From positions 2,509,900 to 2,573,899 of the forward strand of contig OZ245025.1 of assembly GCA_965223465.1 (NCBI GenBank): 64,000 bases of DNA, in the 5' to 3' direction. The notes beneath the pieces are model-generated. The model had not been told where the DNA came from. It was given only the letters and a program-made list of their open reading frames with translations, and did not search any database. How positions within the stretch are numbered: the stretch's first letter is position 1; the number at the start of each line of letters is the position of its first letter. Source of the DNA: Candidatus Poriferihabitaceae bacterium (GTDB taxonomy: Bacteria > Pseudomonadota > Gammaproteobacteria > Arenicellales > Poriferihabitantaceae). The translations under genes were made by a program, and so were the position numbers. This document shows, in pieces, positions 51,101 through 57,301 of the stretch.

Positions 51101-51456
51101 GAGAGGCTAATAAAGCGAGCAAAGGTTTGGAATACCTGGATGATTTACTCGATCGGCTAGAGGGGCAGAATATTCGTTACTGGCACGCTGAAATATTTAG
51201 GCAAAAGGGAGAGTTGCATTCGCGTAAAGGTGAGGAAGCATTGGCATTATCTTTTTTATTGAAGTCACTCGAGACAGCACAACAGCAAAATGCCTTGTCT
51301 TTGGCGCTCCGCGCTTCACTCAGCCTATACCGGTATGATCAAAAAACCGGGGAATATCCAAATGCGTTAGAGCATCTGGATGCTGTAGTTAGGCAATTTG
51401 ATAAAAAGCAGGATTCTCTCGAGTTAACACAAGCCAAAAACTATTTAGAGCGTTAG
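48178..51456 (+). CDS. Multidomain signalling protein: double zinc-ribbon, class III adenylate/guanylate cyclase, STAND/AAA P-loop NTPase and TPR-like helical repeats
   Basis: 1092 aa with GTG start. CLKCGFANPEQARFCAGCG and CSHCHADNDPGSRFCGSCG are the zinc ribbons. ERRMLTVLFCDLVDST...GDG is the cyclase domain. Walker A is GEAGIGKSR and Walker B-like is LLIQLEDVQWID. The C-terminal about 450 aa are helical repeats. Confidence 0.88.
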   Translation: MECLKCGFANPEQARFCAGCGVGITAIQCSHCHADNDPGSRFCGSCGLSLAKAFGENNNAKKNIERRMLTVLFCDLVDSTALVASQDPEYSRSFIREYQNVAKEVIENFGGRITEYLGDGIVAQFTRHETNAERAINAALQIIKLLDQKELPIGDTQQKAVVRCGIATGMAVVGDMLGDEEIRSSSAIGLPLNLAARIQSLAEEDQVVIGKTTYQLARGLFKFESLGHHNLKGIREKQPVWRVVAKQSISSRFVAHAAEMTPMVDREEVMDHLLSHWDQCKTGEAEAIVFWGEAGIGKSRIVQEFIKKVAADCAFVEYQCSPYHTHTALYPLISGVEAAARFKHGDSNEVRLRKLERLVRWSSDNFEHDMPALVNLLSLSAEDKWPTPNLSPDEIKDWIFKAAINNLISLSARKPLLIQLEDVQWIDPTTMELIKCLVKELVGHPVLLLITSRPGYENDFSQYPHVSTLKVERLPKSYMKQLVNQIKGDSKLLDPVIDEMVERTDGIPLFMEELSKSLLETSASDHLESSQLAFKDIPATLHDSLLSRLDHLPEDTRSIALLASVIGRDFSYDLLERIADVGDQNLYELLSPLLEAQLVMQRNAPPNAEFSFKHALVRDVAYETLLQSDRVNIHRKIAQSLEQDYPENLRRSPELVARHFTEAKCDDKAIEYWLAAGKKAGQKFALVEAREHLTLGLNLIDGQPDTDENKIVKLEYLVTLGPVLIALDGPGAEATRNNYAQAVALCKQLPESENHFVAFWGQWHIHMDYDSGQESVWAERLQQLAERLNKDDLKLQAHHCHWATCFHQADYDKAYDHLNKGIALYDIDLYRHHSSMYGGHDPKVCALVFLSWVEWIRGNYHQAEAALEQCVALGEELDHTGTRIHVIEMSLLLTHYQHDTQRARKLTEELAQLCKHIDLPEYEGKLMCCRGIVFTLQGKLAEGISLLKKGLKEIHSVGTPEDVPVYTEYLAYALGEANKASKGLEYLDDLLDRLEGQNIRYWHAEIFRQKGELHSRKGEEALALSFLLKSLETAQQQNALSLALRASLSLYRYDQKTGEYPNALEHLDAVVRQFDKKQDSLELTQAKNYLER

Positions 51457-51510
51457 AGCTAAGGTTTAGTTATTTGTGTAACAAAAGGTAAGTTTGAATC
51501 ATGCTGAACT

Positions 51511-52200
51511 TTAGTGTGAGCCTACCATTCTACCTCTGGAGGCCATTCTGCCACGTGAAGCCATTCTGCCCCGGGAAGCCACTCGACCTCGGGATGCCAT
51601 TCGACCACGAGAACTCATCATTTCTTCCTCGTCTTCGCTGTAAATAGGATCGATGAGGATGTCTTCCAGCTTTCCGACTTCTACGTCGATGGCCATGGAG
51701 GTTTCATGTTTGTCCATTTTCCATACCCGAATATCGGAAGCAAAACGCCAACCCTTACCTTCAAGCCCGGTGTTTTGGGTTTCAAATCTCGGTAAACCTG
51801 GCCCTTCGTTCGCATCGGGGCATTCGCCATCTCCCCATACCAGATAAATCAGCGGATAGGGTAACTTGAAATACTGCCCTTCATACGAAAAGCTATAGAT
51901 ACGCGCCAGTCTGGGTGTTTTTCTTTGGGTGGCTTCGGCGGGCGGATCATGAGGTTTGCTATCGCCAGAGGTAGCCTTTTCTTCCTCAATAGATTGCGGG
52001 CCGAAGCGATCTCGTAGTAAGGTTTTTTCGGTCTCATCCGGCGGCATATCCAACCGTTCACCCGCGCCCCGCGAATCAAACGCAGAACCGGCTAATTCGT
52101 CTCGTACAAAACGCAAACTTTTAAAAGGTTTACCGAAAAGATATATTTTTGAGACTTCATACAGATCTTCCGTCCCATGAATAATCGGGTCTAACGCCAT
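51511..52200 (-). CDS. Hypothetical protein with an acidic patch and a C-terminal (A/S)SRGR(M/V) x5 tandem repeat; candidate substrate or precursor of the adjacent YcaO-TfuA pair
   Basis: 229 aa with a strong SD (caaggaggtaagtttcATG). It ends ...YSEDEEEMMSSRGRMASRGRVASRGRMASRGRMASRGRMVGSH*. It is the last gene of the co-oriented ycaO-tfuA-HExxH string. The N-terminal about 190 aa match no family I recognise. Confidence 0.75.
   Translation of the reverse strand: MALDPIIHGTEDLYEVSKIYLFGKPFKSLRFVRDELAGSAFDSRGAGERLDMPPDETEKTLLRDRFGPQSIEEEKATSGDSKPHDPPAEATQRKTPRLARIYSFSYEGQYFKLPYPLIYLVWGDGECPDANEGPGLPRFETQNTGLEGKGWRFASDIRVWKMDKHETSMAIDVEVGKLEDILIDPIYSEDEEEMMSSRGRMASRGRVASRGRMASRGRMASRGRMVGSH
51526..51615 (-). 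repeat. Five in-frame 18-nt tandem units encoding xSRGR(M/V)
   Basis: The units are read off codon by codon. Arg codons vary (CGT/CGA/CGG/AGA), as do Ser (TCT/TCC/TCA), Ala (GCA/GCT/GCC) and Gly (GGT/GGC), while the peptide is invariant except for one M/V. Confidence 0.9.
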
Positions 52201-52275
52201 GAAACTTACCTCCTTGGATAGCTTGGATGTCTAGACATTAACAGTATCAGAAAATGCGAAATATGTCATGTATTG

Positions 52276-53541
52276 TTAAAAAGGAATTTTTCGTCGCCTA
52301 AAAACTTCTTCAATTTCATCTAGATAGTGGCCAGAAGTCAATTCTTGATCCGCTTTTATCAGTGTATATACAACTTGTGGGAAATCCAGATCCCAGGATA
52401 ATTGCTCCCAGTTTAGGCTGAGTAGTACCCCTAAATAATCGCGCGCGTCAACCAGTGCCTTTTTAAAGCCTTCAGAATTTTGCATGTAGGCCTGATCAAA
52501 CATTGCCTGGATTTCAGCCTGATGCTCGGTTGATTCTGTGAATCCGCGTGATCGCTGATCAAGCGCCTCGTCTATTAAGTTTTCCGCCACTAGATTGTGC
52601 TGAAATACTTCAACCAGCAAATCAAACAAGCCGCCAGTAAAAGGTAGGCTCATTTCGTGTAGTTGTTTGATACTTAATTGTTCAAGTGGTGTATTTGGTG
52701 AGGGCACATGGTGCATTTGCAGATTATTACTCGCCATTCTGATCTGGCGGGTGTCGGATTCCTCCCCTACCCGATTGAGTATATTTCGGATGTATAGGTT
52801 TCCGCTGGTTTCATCCAGCAGGCGATCCAGCACCGAATTGAAATGCAGCAACGAAATAATCGCCACCATATCACTGGCGGTTTCATGAAAGGCGAAAAAC
52901 GCTGGGGTGGCCTTATCATCATCTGGCATACCAATTACGGAATAAAGAATGGTGTGTCCAAGTTCATGTGCCAGCACATCAAAATTGAGATTGAAAGGAA
53001 ATTTCTGGCCCGTATCATCGCGGCTATATCCCATTTCGATAAATCCAAAGCCAGCGTGGGCATTATCCCAATCCAGCCAGGGGACCAGCTCTAGGCGCTC
53101 AAATTGTGATTGAAAACTCCATTCAATCTCGCGCTGGAAATAGGTTTCCCAAATATCCAGCACCCAGCGCAAGGTACCGTACATGTGCGCTGCCTCAAAT
53201 TGGTGGGTGCCGACTTCTAGATGATCGTAGTGGCCGTCGCGACCAGGCAGTGCTGGGGGGTGTTGTTGGTCATTGTAAGGCGGCAGGAAATTGTTTTCAT
53301 AATGTGTTTTATCTATCGCATCGACAATATACATCCGATGGTCAGCTGGTCCGGGCTGTATTTCAGATGGGCTCAGCGACACCCAAACCGTCTCTGGTTC
53401 CTGATAATCGCTCAATAGGGGGGACTGTGGGAACAAGCGAAAGCGCGTCCCGTGTTCGCGAAAATCAAGCGCAAGCTCGCTCAGCGCACAGCAGGGGCAA
53501 TCGGCGAGCGATCCTTGCTGATGTCTATGTGCGGTTTCCAT
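52276..53541 (-). CDS. Thermolysin-like (gluzincin) HExxH...ExxSD metallopeptidase-motif protein
   Basis: 421 aa. VLAHELGHTILYS followed 24 residues later by FHETASD (compare thermolysin HELTH...NEAISD). N-terminal Cys cluster CPCC. The start overlaps the tfuA stop by 17 nt. Confidence 0.75.
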   Translation of the reverse strand: METAHRHQQGSLADCPCCALSELALDFREHGTRFRLFPQSPLLSDYQEPETVWVSLSPSEIQPGPADHRMYIVDAIDKTHYENNFLPPYNDQQHPPALPGRDGHYDHLEVGTHQFEAAHMYGTLRWVLDIWETYFQREIEWSFQSQFERLELVPWLDWDNAHAGFGFIEMGYSRDDTGQKFPFNLNFDVLAHELGHTILYSVIGMPDDDKATPAFFAFHETASDMVAIISLLHFNSVLDRLLDETSGNLYIRNILNRVGEESDTRQIRMASNNLQMHHVPSPNTPLEQLSIKQLHEMSLPFTGGLFDLLVEVFQHNLVAENLIDEALDQRSRGFTESTEHQAEIQAMFDQAYMQNSEGFKKALVDARDYLGVLLSLNWEQLSWDLDFPQVVYTLIKADQELTSGHYLDEIEEVFRRRKIPF

Positions 53542-54859
53542 TGGAAGAATCTACCTCCTGGTAAAGATATTCCCCTAAAATCATAGCATAAAGTTCGTCC
53601 ACGTCCCTACAACCCAGATTAAATGCATAATCTTCTATGCGGGACGGCATTTCCATGCGCAGTTGTTGGGTGAAATACCAATCACATAATTGTAATTTAT
53701 CCACTTCATTTAATTGCTCGAGCTCAGGTTTGTGTTCAAGTTTAGCTAGCGTCAACTTTTTATCGTTCGCACGTTGCGTAAGGTCACTTATCGCACCTGT
53801 TTGGTTTAAGTAATTGAGTAAAATATGCACGCTTAGTGCGTTGGAAAAAGAATCGGTAGTGGATTGGTTGATATGTGCCTGCCAGAGCTGTGCTAACAGT
53901 TTATCCAGAGCCTCAGGTGCTTGATGTAATTGATTAAGGTCTGTGTTTTTGACAGAATTTTGTGGGGTTGAGCAACCCAGCATGGTTTGCAACGCTCGAT
54001 TCAAGGCCTGGAAGTAAGCCGGGCCTTGTAGTCGAAGCTCATCTAGTGCCGGGCTATCGATGGCGTGCGATTGATCGATCTCTTCAATGGCGTTCTGCCA
54101 TTGGGACGTATGTTGAAATGTGCTCGAATGACGCTTGTGCGATGCAATTGGTTCAGTAACGTATTCGCTAATCGCTTTCAACATGGTGATTGCGTCGGCT
54201 TGTTTTTGGTCGACCGCGTTCTTATGCAACCAATTCTTAAGCTTAGCCAAATCCTGCTGTGCGACACCCTGGTGCTTTGCCTGTTTGAGTACTGTGGTGT
54301 ACTGGCGGTCAGCGTAAAACAGTGACTTGGCCAATTGCCCCAATTGCTGGCAGCTGTCCTCATCGATAATATTTTTCTGGACTGCTTTAGCCAGAGAAAA
54401 GCGAATATTGACCATCGCATCGCTGGCGGCCGAATAACCCATTTCGGCGGGGCCATGTACAACAGCTACCTCGTCATCGTCTTCGAAAGCTTCATCATTG
54501 AATGGCGGCAGTATACCGGTAGAATAGGCTTCGTAGATCTTGCCATAACCGAGCATACCAAACTGGTCTAGTTCGGCTGCGCGTAAAGCCCCCATGCTCG
54601 CGGCGCCAAACACCAAGGTGCCTTGATTCATTGCCCATAATATTTCTTTGTGCCACACTGCTGGGACCTGATTGAAATATCCATCAACAATGCCGATTAT
54701 TTTTGGCCGAAACAAAGTGGTGATGCGATACACATCACCGTACTTTACCGGGGGTAGATACGTGGCCTCAAGAAGTTGCTCGGCCTTGGCAAGGCCTAAA
54801 CTTGGACCCACAAATATGAATATTTCGTCCCTGCCCATGTTATTGACCAAGGATATCAA
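53525..54859 (-). CDS. TfuA-domain protein with a long C-terminal extension
   Basis: 444 aa. The N-terminal about 230 aa carry TfuA hallmarks (FVGPSL, LPPVKYGDVYR, IGIVDGYF, HKEILWAM, GAASMGALRAAEL, DDDEVAVVHGP). The C-terminal about 215 aa are unassigned. It overlaps or abuts the ycaO stop (alternative start ATG 54838). Confidence 0.85.
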   Translation of the reverse strand: MISLVNNMGRDEIFIFVGPSLGLAKAEQLLEATYLPPVKYGDVYRITTLFRPKIIGIVDGYFNQVPAVWHKEILWAMNQGTLVFGAASMGALRAAELDQFGMLGYGKIYEAYSTGILPPFNDEAFEDDDEVAVVHGPAEMGYSAASDAMVNIRFSLAKAVQKNIIDEDSCQQLGQLAKSLFYADRQYTTVLKQAKHQGVAQQDLAKLKNWLHKNAVDQKQADAITMLKAISEYVTEPIASHKRHSSTFQHTSQWQNAIEEIDQSHAIDSPALDELRLQGPAYFQALNRALQTMLGCSTPQNSVKNTDLNQLHQAPEALDKLLAQLWQAHINQSTTDSFSNALSVHILLNYLNQTGAISDLTQRANDKKLTLAKLEHKPELEQLNEVDKLQLCDWYFTQQLRMEMPSRIEDYAFNLGCRDVDELYAMILGEYLYQEVDSSNGNRT

Positions 54860-56069
54860 ACGGTAAATCTAAGAGGGCTTTGGCTCTTGGACCTGGTACG
54901 TAATCGCTATGCCAATGACCGTAGGCGCCCTCCAAGCCGGGGATGACCACTTTAACGACCGCTAACCCCAGATCCGGTTGGCTCAGATCAACCGCGATAA
55001 CCTGTTGGACCCCAATAGCGCGCAGTTGGGTTAAACACTGCGCCAGATCATCCTCTATGGTGTCAAATTCATAGCTTATTAGCTGATCAAATTGCTTTTC
55101 CGGGCGATGGTTTTGGAGCTGTACTTGCCCTTGTAGGCGACGTTTTAAGCGTTTTTTGGGTTGGTATTCCGACCAACCGATATCATCGCGACTTCCCGCG
55201 ATGAAGGTAGTTCGCGCCTGCGCTGCCTCGGTTAGGGCGCGTGCTAGGGCGATCTCTTTGGAGGGGTGGCAGCCAGCGCCAAATTCAGGGTCGGCCCAAT
55301 CGTGTTCATCTCCCATTGCCAGACAAATGAAAGCCGGCAAATCTAGGTCGCTGGTCATGTCCCATATTTTCACTTTGATCCTGGCGGCTTTGAACTTTTC
55401 CATTAACCAGCGGCAGTTTCGATCTGCAATCGATGTTGGATCCACGCTAGTTGCTGCCTGGGCGTGCAGCGCGCATTGGTTCCAGAGCGCTTCCGCGTCG
55501 CGTTCAACCACTTCAGTAATCGCATGACAACAGGCCTCCTTGAAGGTATTTCCCGATGCCAACCCGTTGGTATTAGCGGCAAAATGACCCGCTCCTTTGT
55601 GCCCGGGTAAAGTGTAATCCGTACTCACGATTTCATAGGGTACCCAGCATGCTTGCTCGCTGAGTAAGTTAAGGCCCTCTATCCAATAAATCGGCTCAGA
55701 CGGATTTAATTTTTTGCGTCCACTTCTCGCGAGCAACTTGGTGTTGGCCAGGGGAATTTTATCTTTTAGCTGATGCGTGCTCGCGTAGCGCAGTGGGTGG
55801 CTGATGTTTTCAGCATGGTAGGTCTCAACCGATTCCATGATCGCGGATACTTTAGCGGCTTCGAGGGTCGAGCCTTTGCCCTGCGAGACGGATATGGATC
55901 GGGATTGTGGTCGAAATGCAGTATAAGTAGGGATGCCCACGCGATCCAGACCGGTAATATTGGCGGTGCGGCTTATGCCCATTTGCTTCAACAATGGTTG
56001 CACCTGGTTAAGCGTGTCAGTAGGAGTAAGCGTTCGATGGGTACCCAAACGATAGGCTTTATTTTCCAT
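54840..56069 (-). CDS. YcaO-domain protein (TfuA-associated type)
   Basis: 409 aa. The YcaO core pattern is present: SVSQGKGSTLEAAKVSAIMESVETY, TNGLASGNTFKEACCHAITEVVERDA and the C-terminal region. A TfuA gene lies immediately downstream. Confidence 0.88.
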   Translation of the reverse strand: MENKAYRLGTHRTLTPTDTLNQVQPLLKQMGISRTANITGLDRVGIPTYTAFRPQSRSISVSQGKGSTLEAAKVSAIMESVETYHAENISHPLRYASTHQLKDKIPLANTKLLARSGRKKLNPSEPIYWIEGLNLLSEQACWVPYEIVSTDYTLPGHKGAGHFAANTNGLASGNTFKEACCHAITEVVERDAEALWNQCALHAQAATSVDPTSIADRNCRWLMEKFKAARIKVKIWDMTSDLDLPAFICLAMGDEHDWADPEFGAGCHPSKEIALARALTEAAQARTTFIAGSRDDIGWSEYQPKKRLKRRLQGQVQLQNHRPEKQFDQLISYEFDTIEDDLAQCLTQLRAIGVQQVIAVDLSQPDLGLAVVKVVIPGLEGAYGHWHSDYVPGPRAKALLDLPFDILGQ

Positions 56070-56109
56070 CTGTGCTCAGTGGGTGGACTTGGCGTTGTTC
56101 AAGGCGTGC

Positions 56110-56460
56110 TTAATCTGCCGCCCATACCGCCAATTCATTGCCGTGTGGGTCAGTAAACTGGAAACGCCTACCCCCTGGAAAAGCAAAAATATCTTGTACA
56201 ATTTTACCACCGGCGGCAATGATTTGATCGCGCTTGGACTCCAGGTCATGCGTAAATAACACCACCAGCACAGCGCCGTTTTGGGTAGTAGAATACTTGT
56301 CTGAAAGGTAAAACCCACCACTCAAGCGGCCATCCTCAAACGCTTTGTACTCACCGCCATAATCGGTAAACTCCCAACCAAATACTTGTTCGTAAAACGT
56401 TTGCACCGCATCAAAATTAGTGGCTGGAAGCTCGATATAGTCAATTTGTGTCTTTGTCAC
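56110..56460 (-). CDS. VOC (glyoxalase/bleomycin-resistance) family protein
   Basis: 116 aa. Single VOC module (IDYIELPATNFDAVQTFYEQVFGWEF...FTDPHGNELAVW). The start overlaps the ccoS stop, and its own stop lies 40 nt upstream of ycaO. Confidence 0.8.
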   Translation of the reverse strand: MTKTQIDYIELPATNFDAVQTFYEQVFGWEFTDYGGEYKAFEDGRLSGGFYLSDKYSTTQNGAVLVVLFTHDLESKRDQIIAAGGKIVQDIFAFPGGRRFQFTDPHGNELAVWAAD

Positions 56461-56629
56461 GCTGATCTTCCTCGCTTAGGTTCTTTGGCGAATCATCATC
56501 CATCAAGATGGTATGTGCAGGGCCTTGCATATCATCAAACTGGCCAGATTTAACCGACCAGAAAAATACCGCTGCGATGATAAATGCAATCACGATAGCC
56601 AGCGGAATCAGTAAAAAAAGTACTTCCAT
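56441..56629 (-). CDS. ccoS: cbb3-type cytochrome oxidase maturation protein CcoS/FixS
   Basis: 62 aa. MEVLFLLIPLAIVIAFIIAAVFFWSVKSGQFDDMQGPAHTILMDDD is the canonical CcoS sequence pattern. Confidence 0.88.
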   Translation of the reverse strand: MEVLFLLIPLAIVIAFIIAAVFFWSVKSGQFDDMQGPAHTILMDDDSPKNLSEEDQRDKDTN

Positions 56630-56735
56630 TGTCAGCCCAGGTGTTTAGTTGCGACTATTTTGGCATAATTGCTTGGCTTTAGCGCAAAGAAATCTCCGTT
56701 GCGCATTCGTTCAAGCCAGCTTCAACGGAACCTAT

Positions 56736-57296
56736 ATGAATTTGAGTTTACCGGGCCGATTATTTTATATAGTGGGTGCCTCTGGCGCGGGTAAAGATAG
56801 TTTGATTCACGCCGCAGCCGGATACGCAAATAAGCAAGACAAGCTTATCGTTGCTCCGCGTGTGGTGACGCGCACACAGCAGCAATCTGAACATGATGTG
56901 GCGTTGGACGAACGGACCTTTTTAAAACGCGTTCATTCGGGTGTGTTTTTATTTTACTGGCAAGCGCACGGGTTTCATTATGGAATTGAAAAATCAATCT
57001 TGAAACAGGTGTATGCAGGTAACATTGTATTGGTCAATGGCTCCCGCGCTTATATTGCCGATGTACGCCGGATTTATCCTGCTACGGTGATTGTGGGCGT
57101 TAAAGCTGACCAAGATCAACTACAGGAACGATTGCTAAAACGTGGCAGAGAAAACCAGGCAGACATTGACGAGCGCTTGGAGCGAAATCGCTTGTATAAC
57201 CAGGAACTTGAGCTTGCCGATAGGGTGATTGATAATGATCAGCCACTAGAACAGGCGGCGTTGGCATTGTTGTCTTTGGTGCGTGAACCGAGTTAG
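56736..57296 (+). CDS. phnN: Ribose 1,5-bisphosphate phosphokinase PhnN
   Basis: GRLFYIVGASGAGKDSL...VNGSRA...LKRGRENQADIDERL is collinear with E. coli PhnN (LIWLMGPSGSGKDSL...VNGSRA...ENRGRENASEINARL). I start it at ATG 56736; the ORF is open from 56649. Confidence 0.85.
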   Translation: MNLSLPGRLFYIVGASGAGKDSLIHAAAGYANKQDKLIVAPRVVTRTQQQSEHDVALDERTFLKRVHSGVFLFYWQAHGFHYGIEKSILKQVYAGNIVLVNGSRAYIADVRRIYPATVIVGVKADQDQLQERLLKRGRENQADIDERLERNRLYNQELELADRVIDNDQPLEQAALALLSLVREPS

Positions 57297-57301
57297 AGGT
57301 A

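Noticed and set aside
51526-51615. 18-bp tandem repeats as a possible CRISPR array or slippage-prone microsatellite
   Set aside because: The units are contiguous with no spacers and lie in-frame inside a 229-aa CDS. They differ mainly at synonymous positions, so this is a protein-level repeat and not a CRISPR array or recent DNA expansion.
56630-56735. Search for an FNR/Anr box (TTGAT-N4-ATCAA) in front of ccoS, and likewise in the ccoI-fixH spacer at 59732-59878
   Set aside because: No sequence matching both half-sites was found by eye in either spacer.
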